Assembly: GCA_013265495.1 (NCBI GenBank)
Contig: MU060042.1
Location: 5,452,258 to 5,516,257 of the forward strand
Direction: 5' to 3'
Length of the DNA: 64,000 bases
Origin: Vicugna vicugna
Taxonomy: Eukaryota
Part shown: piece by piece, positions 49,086-62,133 of the stretch
Numbering within the stretch: position 1 is the stretch's first letter
Layout of the letters: every line of letters starts with the position of its first letter
Notes under the pieces: generated by a model
What the model was told of the DNA's origin: nothing
The model's input: the letters and a program-made list of their open reading frames with translations, nothing else
Databases searched by the model: none
Position numbers and translations under genes: made by a program

Positions 49086-51852
49086 CAGAAGGGCAGCTTC
49101 AGGGGAATTTGCTGCTCAATTAGCGCCACGGGAGAGGCACGGGGTGCCGGCTCCTGGAGGGGGTGGCGCTGGAATTTGTGGCGCTGGATGTGACCACCCC
49201 CCAGGGGCTCTGGGGACCAACGGCGACCGGGGAGAAGTCAGTCTCCGGGAGGCGCCCTCACTGGCATTTCTCCAGGTGTGAGTACTAACTGGTGCCTCGA
49301 CTAGAGTTTGGGTGTCACCCGTTGGGACCCTTCTGACTGCATCTGCCACGACACCCTGCACCCTCGTGAGCTGGTCCGTGGTCACAGGCCAGCCCCCAGA
49401 GCCACACGCACAAACCTTTCTGTGGTGTCTGCCAGTGTCCTTGGGGTGAGTGTCCCCATTGTGGCCGATTTGGGTACAAACAATATGTCCCTGAGGACAG
49501 AGTTAGGGGTTGCCGCCAGCCCCCCACCGTGGATTATGAATCAGAATGGCTTAAACGGTAAGAAAGCATCGCAGCAGGTCCCAGCTCCCGCGGAGACCGT
49601 CCGTGAAGGGCCCCGGCGACGGCTGGGAGAAGCCCAGCTGCGCTCTTCACGCCACAGCTGCCAGCTGTGCGCCTGTCCCCGGCAGCTGCCGTCGGGGGGC
49701 CTGAAGATGCCCCTCCCCCAGGAGCCCTGGGGCCTCTGCTCCCACCCAGGCCCCCCTCATCCGGCGGCAGCGTGGCCCTGAGTGCCCTGGAGCCCGCGTG
49801 TCTGTGTGCCGCCCCGCACGTCACACGGGAATCGCCGGGGACTCGGGGACAGGAAGCCTCACTGGCACAAACGACTTTAACTGGGAGCCTCGGAGCAGGT
49901 GCTGCCGGCCCTGGGGTGAGCTGCAGGTGCACGGGAGCCACGGAAGATTCTGGAGCTGGAGTCGGGTATGACTCAAGGGTGTTCCAGGAAAGCTGTGAGG
50001 AAGCGTGTTTCTGGAGTGGGAACAAGCAGACATAAAGAGCAGAGCCGTGGAGAGGCCAGGGCAGGGTGACGAGGCCCTGGGCGGTGTGGGTGGCGGTGAG
50101 ACGGGCCCCCGTTGGACGGCCTGGAATCGATGAGGCTATGCTGAGCTGTGGGGGCAGATGGGGAGGCTGGGTTCTCAGCCGGTGGTCAGACTCTGGCTGA
50201 ACACAGCCTTCAGCTTGTCGATCGAAGCTCGGATGGTAAGGAGACCCCAGCTGCTGGTAGGAAGCTCAGGAGGGAGGAGTCAGCCCCAGAAAACTTCTGG
50301 GAGGAGGAGGGACATGGACAGTCTCAACAGTTAAGCAGTGAGCGGCCAGTCGGGGTCAACGGGGTGTAAAGATCTTCCATCGAGGGGCTATGGTCACTCA
50401 GGGGCCAGAGAGCCCCTGGGGAGAAGGTGGCAGACCAAAGTCAGGAACAGAGGGGGAATCGGGGCCGTGAAACTGGGGCAGCCTGGGGGCTGCACTGCCG
50501 GAGACCCTCCGGGCCACGTCTCTGAGAACTGGGGGGAGGGGCGCGGTCTGTGTTGTTTGTATTAACAGCAGCAGAGAACCAGCCTCTTCAGGCAGGTCGT
50601 CCGTTGGGTTTCTTAAAACAATTAAATAAAACCTGGACTCACGTAGCCCTGGACGGGGCAAGACTCTAACGAACGCGGGGACGCTGACATCGAAGCCGTC
50701 TCCGCTGCGGCAGCTGCCGTCGGTGCTCACCGGAGGCCTCCGAAGACTGAGATCCAGCGCGTTTGGTTTGATTTGGAAGCGTATCTCCACCGTCACGGGA
50801 GAACCCATCACAACGACAGACAGACGGTCCACGTGTCTCAGCCAAGCGTCCGCCCTGTGAGAAAGTCAGCATGCTGCAGACACAAGCTTTAAAAATGAAG
50901 CCTTTCTGGTCATCGTGATGCCGCCGCCGTGCATGATACGTGTCTCTGTGCCATCAAACAGCAGCGTTTTCACGTGCATTTTATCCCTGCGCATCCAGAA
51001 GTTAGCGTGAGAGAGTCTGGGAAAGGACATTTCTGCTGTTTATTCGTAATCACAGCACATCCATCCCCATAGTAACTAAGAGGAAACCGAAGAAGCTGGC
51101 CAGGGGCCCTCAGGAAGGCCACAGGGCGTGCGGAGGGACTGGAGGGGCCCACAGCCCTGCCCCCAGTTCGCAGCCACCAGCTCTGCGGTCACACGGGAGG
51201 TTTAAATTCTGCCCCTTCTGGTAAAACAGAGACCTTGAGAAGCGTGGACGTTTGCCGGTTTGAAGGGGCCCACTGGATTAAGAAGCAGGGGCCCGAGAAC
51301 TGGCCCAGGTCTGCACAAGCTGTCCGGGCGTCCGCGAGCTGGCGGCCCCGGTGCCCACGCCGACCCCCAGGGACAGTGGGGGTCACACCAAACAAGGAAC
51401 ATCGAAGCCGGCCGCACCTGGAACAAGTGTGTTACTAGTCACCATCACACTGGGAAGCCCGCGGACGCTGGGCCGCTCGGAAGTCCGCGCAAGAGGAGGG
51501 CGCCTCCCGGGAAGTCGCCCGTCCCCACCCTGCCCTGAACACCGGCACGGCCACGGCCACACGCACCGCTGAGCTGACCGCACGGACTGGGGGCCGACCA
51601 GTTACCAGCAAACGGACGTGTGCGCGCAGCTCGGGGGCGCTGGCAAGGCAGCTCCGAGCCGAGCCAGCCATTCGCTGAGCGCTGTCCCAGGTTCCCGGGG
51701 CAGGAAACGCGGAAGCAGTAAACACCCGCTTTGTGAGCTGTGAGGGGAGGGGACCTGCGAGTAAGGCAGCGTTTCTGCTTTCAGCCTCCGGCCGTGAATA
51801 GAGCAGGATGCAACAGACAGGGCAGAATTTTTTGGTTTCAAGGAACTTATGA

Positions 51853-51983
51853 GGGGGAGGGATAGCTGAGAGGTGGAGCGCGTGCTTAGCACGCACGAGG
51901 TCCTGGGGATAGGCCCTCCATTAAAATACATGTTTAATGCATAAATAAACCTAATTGCCTCCCCTCTCCCAACCCCCCAAAAC
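51853..51983 (+). mobile_element. Camelid tRNA-derived SINE with the B box deleted
   Basis: GGGGGAGGGATAGCTGAGAGGTGGAGCGCGTGCTTAGCACGCACGAGGTCCTGGGG...CCTCCATTAAAA...AAATAAACCTAATTGCCTCCCC. Confidence 0.88.
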
Positions 51984-53978
51984 AGCTATTTTGAAAACAG
52001 GGGCTTGTGTGCTGATGTAGCCCAGCTCTTCCTTTCTGAGGTCCTTGTAGCTCAATGGATTTTTCACAAAGCACTTATTTTATTCAAAATATTTTATTAT
52101 TATTATCATTTTACTCAACCTTATTTGACCAAAACACGTAGGTGCTCTATTGAAATACGACAGAGCTTCTAGCAGCTCACACTTGACATTTTACACCACG
52201 ATCGAATGGAATTCCCTCCTTAGAGGTCAGTTTGTGAAAGCCCTGCCCTCCCGGGCGGGGCGGTGACGTGGGGGAGTGGCGGGCATGCCCCCAGGACAGC
52301 AGGTGAGGTGGGCGGGTCTGGACTCCCCCGGGGAAAGTCTGGGCGTGCGTGTCTTCTCCAGGGTTTGGAAGAGCTGTTCTCTCACTGCCCCTTCTTAACC
52401 CCCTCCCCAAAATCTTAAAATGTCAGTAACGACCATAATGATTTAAATGGCTGTGCCCTTAAGTAAACCCTGTCGCCCCAGAATTACTGTCTTACGCTCT
52501 GACCAGCTTAGGGGGCGAATTTCCACAACCCACTCTTCTGCCCTCGCAAGTTCAGACCAGCCACGGCCCCAAGTGTTTGTCGCGGCCCGTCCCCGCCCCG
52601 CAGGGCGAGATACTGTCTTATCAGATAGTAAGACAGAGGATGAACTTTTTGTGAATTTTATTGTTACATAAAAATGAGCATCAGCCCTTTCATGAAAGGC
52701 TGAAATGGGCTGCTCGTAAATAAATGTAAAATAAAAAGTGTTTTTCGTTTACGTTTCTGCATCATCATATTCGGTAATGCCATCCCTTTAAACCTCCAGT
52801 CCATTAAAATTTAACTGCCCCTCAGAGCAGGATGAACAACTGCTGCCCGAGGACGCGGCCTCCTCCCTCCAAACGTGCTCACGGCAGCTGAGGGCGATGT
52901 GGGCAAGTCACGTGAAAACTGAGACGCAAGCTAGCCCCGGAAAGCCGCGCACACACAGCGGGTATGGGCAGCGGGTGTGCACGCTTCCCGGAGCCACTAG
53001 GACCTGCTGACGAAGCCCTCGGGTGTCCCAGCAGCCCCGAAGCCCTGTCGTCCCCACGGACAAGAGAGCTTCAGCTCTGTCGTCCCCCCACGCACCTGCC
53101 CTGAGGCCAGTTTTGAGGTTTGTCGTGAGTAATACTGTCCAGCAGGGACACCTCACTCTGACCCTCCTCCCCAGGGAGGGGGCATGTCCGCCAGGCGGTC
53201 GGGGATGGTGACCACAGACAGCTGGCACTGGAGACGAGGGGCAAGCTCGGCCGTGGCCTCGCCGTCCAGCGGCAGAACCACCTGTGCCGGCGGGTGGGGG
53301 CAGTGTCTGGGGGCCACACTCTCTTCACTCAGGTCACTGCTGCCTGAGCCCCGGCCTTCTGCTCTCAAGTCATCGCTGTCTGTCGGCCAGAAGGCGACCT
53401 CGCGGTGGGTGACCGGGGACCCACGTGCAGCAGGTGCGTGAAGATCAGGAAGGTGTGACGTTAGCACCCTCCGCTCCCGTGGGCGGGATGGTCCCACATC
53501 CACTCCCTCCGAGGGGACAGACCCTGTGGGCGGCACAGCCTGCTTTGCTGTCAAGGGCGTCCCCTCAGGGTAACAAAGCCAGAGGTCTTCTCCTTTTCAC
53601 AAAACCTGGACGACCCCAACATCCACAGAACCTCCCTGTGCGCCGGGGGAGCAGCTGCATCCAGTTTGGGCTGTAACACCTCCCTCCCGGTTCCATCCGT
53701 GTTGGGCCCCCATCCCTTGTACCTTCCTCCCCACGGTGTGTCCCCGAGCTGTCCCTCCCGGAGCGGCCTCAGATGTGCGAGGACAGCGCCCACCAGGACA
53801 GCAGACCAGAGGGCAGGGCTTGGGCGGCTACGAAAATGTTTTTGTCTCTGTTTCCAAGACACTCACCCCACAGGGCTGATGTAAAATTAAGTAACTAGAA
53901 CACAGTATTTGAGACACAGCATGACACGTGAAAGTGCCCAGTGTCTTGGAAGCACCACCCCTGCCACCAGGGGGTCCC

Positions 53979-54234
53979 ATCCGCCGTGTCCCCCCACGTC
54001 CCCTTCGTCCCAGCTCCCCCGTCCACTCTCCTCCCAGAGGGACCTATCCGCCATGTCCCCCCACGTCCCCTTCGTCCCAGCTCCCCCGTCCACTCTCCTC
54101 CCAGAGGGACCTATCCGCCATGTCCCCCCACGTCCCCTTCGTCCCAGCTCCCCCGTCCACTCTCCTCCCAGAGGGACCTATCCGCCATGTCCCCCCACGT
54201 CCCCTTCGTCCCAGCTCCCCCGTCCACTCTCCTC
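53979..54234. repeat. 67-bp C-rich minisatellite, about 3.8 near-identical copies
   Basis: ATCCGCCATGTCCCCCCACGTCCCCTTCGTCCCAGCTCCCCCGTCCACTCTCCTCCCAGAGGGACCT units start at 53979, 54046, 54113 and 54180. Confidence 0.97.
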
Positions 54235-57200
54235 ATGGTCACTTGAACGATGAGCCCCACACCTGCACTTGCTTCCCCTAAACCCTCCGTGTCCCCCGCC
54301 ACCCCCTGTCACTTGCAGCTCACTGAGCCCAGTCCCCGCTGTGCTCCCCTGGGCCTGGGCCGGGTCCCCCATCCTGCCCTGCCCCCACACCAGCTCCTCT
54401 CCCTTTGCCTGGTAAACCTAACCTTTTCCTCAAGCCTGGAGGAGAGTTTGCCTCCCCGCCAGCCCCAACATGTCACAGCCAGACACTCGGCAGTTCCTGC
54501 CACACACAAGGCTCTGTGTCCACACCCACAGGCCTGGCGGCGCCTGCCACCCCACCCTCAGCCAGACCTCAGGCCACCTGAACCAGAGGTCCCCGTCTTA
54601 CAGCTCAGGCCATTGCACCCTGGACGTGGAGGTGGCTCACGGAGGGTTTGTCAAGTGAAGCAGGGAGGTCCTCCCTCTGAGGGACTCATCCGCCCACGAC
54701 GACCCAGCCAGCAGAGCCTGGGCTCCCGCGCCTCACCATCCAGACCCAGCGGGCGTGGCCGGGGTGCGGCTTTGATCTGCACCAGCCATAAAGGCTGACA
54801 CGCGACGCGTGGTCCAGCAGCCGACAGCGAGCTCGTGCCATGCTCTGTCACTGTTGAAATCCTTGGACTTCGTTCCAGGTGGCAGCATCCAGAAGTGGCC
54901 CTTATTTTAAAATAAGAAGAAGCTGGTCCGTCCACGGAGAGCAGGGCCCTCCTCCAGCCGGCCTGGGAGCAGACGCCACAGCCACACCGCCCGCGGGGAG
55001 CCCCGCTGCCCGCATCAACTGCGTCCCCGGACATCAACCAAGGAAGTCACCGCACTTCAGTTCCTTTTTTAAAACCTCATCATTTTCCCGAAGGCAGAAA
55101 TGATGGCGGTCCCTCCCTGTGATTTACCAACCTTCTAACGCAGGGGGCCTTTCCCTGTTCCCCGCAGCAAGGGAGCCAACGTGTCCACGAGGAAAGGGGC
55201 CGGATAGTCTCCCCACGCCGGCCCGTCCACAGCCGGCCCGGCCGAGTAGGGGCGGAAAGACGTGCCAAAGCGCCTCGTCCCTCCCCAGCCCTGCTCTCCC
55301 TGGTGCCCGGAGAACCACGGAACCCTGGCGAAATCCTGCCGACCAACCCGTCGGGACCTCCGTCTGGGGCGGAGTGGCTGTGCTTACTGGAAACAGTAAG
55401 GCCAGCGGGAGGCTCGTTTTGACTCCTGAAGGAAATCCAGTTTGGCTTTAAGTCCTTGGAGCATTTTTAAGGAAAAGTTGTCTATAAAAGAATAAAGATT
55501 TTTTGAAGTCATAACTTATTTCTTGAAATCACAGTTCGTCCTCGGTCTTCCCTCCCTTTCACAGCTCGGACGTCTCTATCTGAGACCCCAGGAAAGTGGG
55601 GGCGGGCACTGCTGAACCCCAGAGCTCACAGCCTCCAGGGAGCCCCTCCGAGGACAGTGCCCCCGCCACCCCGGTGTCCGCACACCTGCCCTGGTGACAC
55701 CCAGTTCAGGGCCACATCAGCAGATCTCCAAAACTCACCTCTCCCGCCATCACCGGCTCTGCCCTCTCACTGCTTTGTGTCAGAACTTAGCCCCTGAGGA
55801 ACTTCAGTTCTGCAGGGTTTTATGTGTAAGGGGAGGAAGGCTACGCTTAGATGACTACACGTCAGGTTTATCGTGGCTCGTGGTCCCCAAGCAGAGACTA
55901 AACACTCCTGTGATTTTGGCTTTTCTTCAGTCTCTGAATTGACAGTTTCCCTCCCCTTGACCGAGTTCTGTTAAAATTGTGGAATTCATGATTTCCTTCA
56001 AAAGCTACGACTTTTACTGTTGGATAAGCAAACGGCCTTCCAATGGTTGATGGCTCTGTCCGGATGGAGACAGCGCCCCCCGCCCCTGGCCCGGGGCCGT
56101 GCTGACCCCAGGAGCGCGTCCGGCAGGGGCTGCCTGAGAGCGTCGGTGCTCAGGGTCCCCGTGTCCCCCGCTGGCCAGCTGCTCGGGGCCTGGGATGGAC
56201 ACACCCGACAAGTAAGAGGGGAGACTGGAAGTACGCAGGCAGCGCAGGAGCAGGTGACGGGGTGAGATGGATGACTTGAATTTCCCACCAATCACCGGGC
56301 AGCGCCTCGGCCAGGGCAGTGATGGATGGAGTACTCAGGTCGTCCATCTCGCGTCCTGGGCCTCCCTGCGAACAGCTGCGGAGAGGCCGACACGGTCGAG
56401 AGCCTGGCTCAGCTGGAAACCTAGGAGGACCTGGGTCCACAATTCGCTCGCCAGCACGGTGTTCAATAACCACTTTCGACAGCCACTTTGCCCGCAGATG
56501 TTTCACTTCAAGTGTCGACTGGCTTAACCCGGGCTGCGGTCCACGTCGAAATGTACACGTGTCTCCTGGGGGAAGGTTAACCTTCCCTTTGGGCTCAGTT
56601 AATTCTTCCTCTGCTGAGAACAGGCACCACTGAGAACTTTAAGAAAAGTCCTCTGGGGCCTTTTAAACATGTTTTAAGTGTCTAATGAATGTCATAAATG
56701 CAGAAAGTTCCAGATAGTGATGGGGGCCCCCGATTCCCGGACGGGCTGTTTGCAAGAAAAGGCAGCGTGTCCTGCGTGTGTTGCCCCGGAGACAAGAGCC
56801 AGGAGGGAATCTGAAATGAGAGCGATTTGGGGTCAATAGAAAAGGAACGTTCACAGCCACCTGTGAATTCTGTCCGAACCCGACGTGGGCCCTGGGCAGA
56901 CAGTTGTGAGAGACTCAAGTGAAAACGGCACACATCTGCTCAGGATGGGGCTGGTCCCCCGGAGCGGCCGCCCCAAGGTGACGGGGGCGGGGGTCCCCGG
57001 ACAGAGTGGGGCTGCAGTGAGGCCTCCGGGAACCCCTTCCCAGGGTGAGACGTAAGGTCCCAGGTCCGCAGCACACACCCACGGCATCCTGGGGCAGGTG
57101 GGAAGTCTCAGCTGTCCGCAGTGACTCCATCAGAAAAGCAAAGGACGGACCAAGAAGGAGTGCTCTCCGAGCTTGAGATGACGTCCGGGTGAGCTCTCCG

Positions 57201-58007
57201 TGGCAGCAGGCCCCCGGCTGAGCAACGGGCCGCAGCAGGCCCCGCCCTCGGGGCGCAGGCGGCAGGCCCACACTGAAGCCTGAAATCGGATCCCACAGCA
57301 GGCACGTCCCAGCCAGCCCAAGCTTGCAAGGGCATTTTGATTTCGCATTTCCTCTCTGAACCCATTAATGTTTTATGAGACCACACAGAGGGCTCTTGCA
57401 CGTCTCCTGTCTCCTCGCAATCGTGTAATGCGCTGTAAAGCATGATACGCCCACAGGCGGGAGGACCGGGCAGGAGGGGCACGCACGTCCGTGACCCCGT
57501 CCCTGAGCTGGTGGGCCCTCCATCAGGTCACTGGGTTGGTCCTGATCAGCGAGTTGCTTCTCTGCTTTAAGCCTTGGACTCGTGGACTGGATCCTAGCCA
57601 GGGACACGTGCCACTTTCCAGACATGAAGGCCTGAATCAGCCACACAAGGGGGTCGCACTTCCTGACCACGCAGCCGGTTTCACCCTGAAAGGGGCTGGG
57701 GGAGCAGCCCCGCAGCCACCAGGAGCGCCCTCCCCTCCCCGCGACCTCAGCCCAGAGCCCACCCACCGCCCAGCACTTCCCTCAGGTTGCCCGGGCTCCT
57801 CATACGATCCATCCTTACAGCTGCTCCGTCCACACTTCCTGCCTCCCCAGGTCTTCAGCACCGCTTTTCTGCGTCTGGAAAACACTGGGAAGAGCTACCT
57901 GCACGGTTCTAGAGAGTTTAACACCACTTGGGAGCTGGTTCGCAGTTCAGGGTCACTGCCACTGTCCAGGGCACCACTTCACCTGTGTGTCTGGGTGTGC
58001 TGGCTGC

Positions 58008-58391
58008 TGGGTCGTGAGGCGAGCTCTGCAGTGTAGACAGATGACCTGGGTAGTAAGGCTAGCTCTGCAGTGTAGACGGATGACCTGGGTAGTAAGGCGA
58101 GCTCTGCAGTGTAGACAGATGACCTGGGTAGTAAGGCGAGCTCTGCAGTGTAGACGGATGACCTGGGTAGTAAGGCGAGCTCTGCGGTGTACACAGATGA
58201 CCTGGGTAGTAAGGCGAGCTCTGCGGTGTATATGGATGACCTGGGTAGTAAGGCTAGCTCTGCAATGTAGACAGATGACCTGGGTAGTAAGGCTAGCTCT
58301 GCAGTGTACACAGATGACCTGGGTAGTAAGGCAAGCTCTGCAGTGTAGACAGATGCCCTGGGTAGTAAGGCGAGCTCTGCGGTGTAGACAG
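58008..58391. repeat. 39-bp minisatellite, about 10 copies
   Basis: Consensus GGGTAGTAAGGCGAGCTCTGCAGTGTAGACAGATGACCT. The period of 39 is seen at 58022, 58061 and 58100. Confidence 0.97.
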
Positions 58392-59074
58392 AACATTCAG
58401 ACACCATTTAAGAGGACAAATCTCACTTAAGTATTTTTACTTTAAAATGAAAATGAAAACCTGCGGCTCTCTCACAGAATTCCTGGGTGAAAACCTTTCA
58501 CGTCCACAATTCCTGAGCAATCCGATTTCTGGGTCGTGTGATTGTGGGTCACCTGGCCGATCAAATCTGGGGTGAGGTCGGTGTGTGGGAGGCTCGCCAC
58601 GTCCCCAGCATGCAGCACAGCAGGGGTTTTCTCTGCTCTTTGTGGCACGTGTGTCGTCCCAGTGAAGTTATAAACTATAGGAAGTCACAGGGAGAGAATT
58701 CAAAACTGTTCAGAATTCTGAGCAAGATGATAGGAGAAGCACCGCGCGCGATTCTAACAGAGCTCCCAGGGGACAGGTGGGTCGGGATTAATTCCAAACT
58801 CTCCCAAAGCTGGCAAGGCGCTGCCCAGTGACGCTCTCGTGCAGTTTGCAGCTGCGCGTCGAGCTGTGCGAGGCACACCTGTCCCCACGTCCTCGCACGG
58901 AGCATCAGAGGAAGTGTGTCCCGGGGGGCCGGAGGGGCTCCTTCCGCAGTTCATCAGGGGCCTTTGTGATGGTCTCAGCAGCCTCAACTTGAACAGGACC
59001 TCACAGCCTCTGCCCTCCAGACACTGTTTCCCCCAGTCACAGCAGGCATGGGCAGGCCCAGTTGACTAATTTGT

Positions 59075-59620
59075 CTCTTGTGGCAGAGAATGCTCACCAG
59101 CTTCCGTTTCCCCTTTCTGTCCAGGTTTTATTTGGAGTGGCAATATCCCCAGCCTAACATTTTATTTCCAGCCTCTCTTGCACCTAGGTGGGAATTTCCA
59201 GTATGTAATTTGCAGTCACTGGTTAGAATTTCCAGAAAGGGAGATTTCTCCTGCCTCTTTTGCCTTTCTATACATCCTCCTTCTTCTGACCTGGGATATG
59301 AAAACAATGCTTAGAAATCAGCAGCCTTCTTGTGAGCATGAGGCAACTTCGAGGATGGAAAGCTAGCCTGTGAGGCAAAGAGCAGGACAGGAAGATACAA
59401 AGATCTTGGGATGTTATGGCCCTAACACAACAGCCTTGAGCTGCTTATCCCCAGGAAAACAAACCTCTGCTTTATCGAAGCAGGAACACAGCTTCGAAGT
59501 GACACGCTGTATCTTTCAATCTCAAGGAAACAATGGATGCAAGCTTTTCTATTCTGTCATAATCGTCATAACGCTGCAGCAAAGCCGTGCTGCAGACTCT
59601 CATTATCTCTGGGCTGTTTC
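59075..59620 (+). mobile_element. Ancient MLT1 (H/I/J/K-like) MaLR LTR
   Basis: CCAGCCTCTCTTGCACCTAGGTG, CAGCAGCCTTCTTGTGAGCATGAGG and AAACAAACCTCTGCTTTATCGAAGC resemble old MLT1 consensus blocks. Confidence 0.7.
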
Positions 59621-61174
59621 GTACTAATGTAATAACAGACACCGGCGGGTTAATTTATCACTTCTCCTAATTAGTCGTTATGCTGTTAAATAGGGTCTTC
59701 AGGAGTAATGCCTTTACCTACAGCGGGGAAATCTGATAACTCGGCAGGCTAATGAGTGAGATTCGGGTCTGTGAGTGATTAAGGTGTTGGTGAGTCACTG
59801 CAGGGGCCACTTTGTTTTCTGGGTGTTGTTCCAGCCTCTAAAGGGAAAACCTTTCCCCAAAACGGTGTGCCCTGATTCAACCAGACACCAAGACGTGTCC
59901 TGAAACAGGGCGACTGGTCAGAAACAGCCAAGCAAAGGCAGAAGTGTGGACAAGGAGGGTATCCCCGGAATCTGAGGAACTGTATTATTTCTCAAACTGT
60001 CACTATCTGTCCAAGAGTTCTGGCCACAAATTAAGAGTGTTTCGGGTTTTCTTTGTATTGTGACGGACAAACATCAGAAAAGCTTCAAAGTCAGTTGGTC
60101 CGTCCGGAGACAAGGTGTCCCTTCCACGAGGAAGACGGTGCGGGTGTGTTGGGGCTGGGCTGTAACAGGTGACTAGCTGAGGAAGACGAGGAGGAGGGGA
60201 AAAGAGGAATTCTCCGTGGTCCATGGCAAGTGCACCTGGCAGAGGCTCACGGGGACTTGCCCGACCTGCTCCAACTCTAACTGTCGTGTAGACTTGACAC
60301 TCACACCAGCCACGGCAAGTGTTCCCAGTGCAGGATCCCTACAAAGCCTTCCAATGTCTGGCATCCACGTGTTCCACAGAATACGTCTCAGAGCTGAATT
60401 TGTTTACCAGTTATGAGTGAGACATTAACAAAGTTTTTTGTTGACTGCACAGCATTCACTAGCCAGTAACAAAGGTTTAGAAGGCGGGGTATGATCTTAG
60501 GAGCCGTTTAAAAGTTGAAAGGGAAAATCGAGCTGACTTAAATGGTCAGCTTTCTCGCTCTTTGCAGAAACAGGTGCTCCGTTCTTAATCTGAAGCCACT
60601 GATTCACCACTGAAATGTGATATTGGTACAGATGAAGCAGCATGAGAATCAGTTGAGGAAGGAAGCCCTCTGGAGGGGCCAGCTCCGTGGGGCCAGGTTC
60701 CCACGTGCAGAAATGCAGGCTGCGGACGTGGAGCAGTGACCCAGGGACCGCACAGCAGACTCTGCGTCCCTGGTCACCAGGGGAACAGCAGGTGCGCTTC
60801 CTGTATCAAGAACCCAAGTCCCACCGCACCTCACAGGGGCCCCTTCCTCCTAGTAAACGACAAGATAGCCAATTGCATAAACCACTGGTTAAAAGTTTCC
60901 ACCCAGATGTGTGTGATCTGTCAGAAATCTTATTGCTGGATGTTCTCACGGAAATTAGAGAAACCTGTGAAGTTAGAGAGAAAGTAGAAGCTCTATTAGG
61001 AAGTTTCTATTTTCCTGTCTACCTGAAAGCAAGGGTGATAACCACAGGGGAAAAGTGGATTTGACCTCTTAGGGCTGACAAAACACGGGCGAGGTCTGAC
61101 AGTAACAGTGATTATATAACTTACTTCCTACTTAAGTCTTTAATAGCACTCACAAGATTAACGCGAACACAACA

Positions 61175-61191
61175 GTGTGTGTGTGTGTGTG
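61175..61191. repeat. Short (GT)n microsatellite
   Basis: Seen directly. Confidence 0.9.
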
Positions 61192-62133
61192 CACATAAGT
61201 AACGGGGGAGAAAAAAATTGGGTGAGCCTAATTTCTTACAGCAATCTTCACACAGCTGGGTGTTTCTCAAATATTTTAAAGTGTTTTGATCATTTAAAAA
61301 GATTTAAGGCATTACTTTTCCTAGAAATTCTGACAAAATGCTCCTACCAAATTAACTAGTTGTTCCAAATTACGTATTGTGTTGTTAATTCCTAATATAG
61401 ATTATATTTTACGGGCAATCACCTTAACAATTCTTTCATGTAAGAATCTACTATTTCCAAAATTCTCCAGTAATACATCTTGCAAAGAGTCAATATTCGC
61501 TCTGCTTCTAAATTTGTCTGTTTTCTTTATCCAAATCAGTGTGAATTAATTAGACCCATAATTCTACATTCATCTCCCAGTAAAGATGAAAAATAATATC
61601 ACCTGTTGCGCCCTAATTCAAGCTTTAGAGTCAGACCTCATTGTCCCTTAAAGCAGGGGAGGGAAGGGGGAGCCAGGAGCAGGTGCCAGACCTCACGCGA
61701 TGTCCCATCTCAGACGGGACAGACGCCAGGACAGTGGCCCGACTGCTGAGACTGGTGATCAGGGATGGGGGGCAGCTGAGATGCAGCACCTGAGGAGAGG
61801 CCGGCTCCCTGAGGACGCTGCCTGGAGCAGCCTCTGGGCAGTGGTCTCAGGGTGGAAGTCCAAGTTCCCAGTGTCTGCATCTGGGAACCAGAACACAGAG
61901 GCAAGGCTGAAGGTGTTCTCACTGAGCTCCCAGGGTCAGAACACCTCCATCAGGACCAGCTGCAGGGCAGGCGTGACCCAGGGGCCAGGACGGAGCCCCA
62001 AGACAGGACTGTGCGTGTGCCCAGCACCCTGATCCCAGACCTTGCAGGCTCAGCCCTACGCCCCACTGCGGTGGGGGCCTCAGGCTGAAATGAGCTCTGG
62101 GTCTTTCAGTAGACTTTCGCTGCTGTCACGCAG

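Noticed and set aside
13944-51983. Four tRNA-Ala-like sequences as tRNA genes
   Set aside because: They carry a shared non-tRNA tail and A-rich end, and the stems or boxes are degenerate. They are tRNA-derived SINEs.
43384-53976. CTCF-like motifs (CAGCCAAGTGGCGCT near 43385; CCACCAGGGGGT near 53964)
   Set aside because: Each has mismatches at conserved positions, and such partial matches are common in GC-rich DNA.
53909-54302. Pro-rich ORFs over the 67-bp repeat
   Set aside because: The unit length is not a multiple of 3, and the peptides cycle through frames. This is an artefact of a C-rich VNTR.
56570-56587. Perfect 18-bp palindrome GGGAAGGTTAACCTTCCC
   Set aside because: About 0.24 such palindromes are expected by chance in 64 kb (64000/4^9), and nothing else supports it.
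57953-58430. Three ~145-aa repetitive ORFs; also considered a CRISPR-like array
   Set aside because: A 39-bp unit (13 codons) leaves frames open on both strands. There are no unique spacers, no cas genes, and the context is mammalian.
60003-60224. Minus-strand ORF ending DFEAFLMFVRHNTKKTRNTLNLWPELLDR, protein-like by eye
   Set aside because: It could not be assigned to a family, and there are no supporting splice sites or neighbouring exons.
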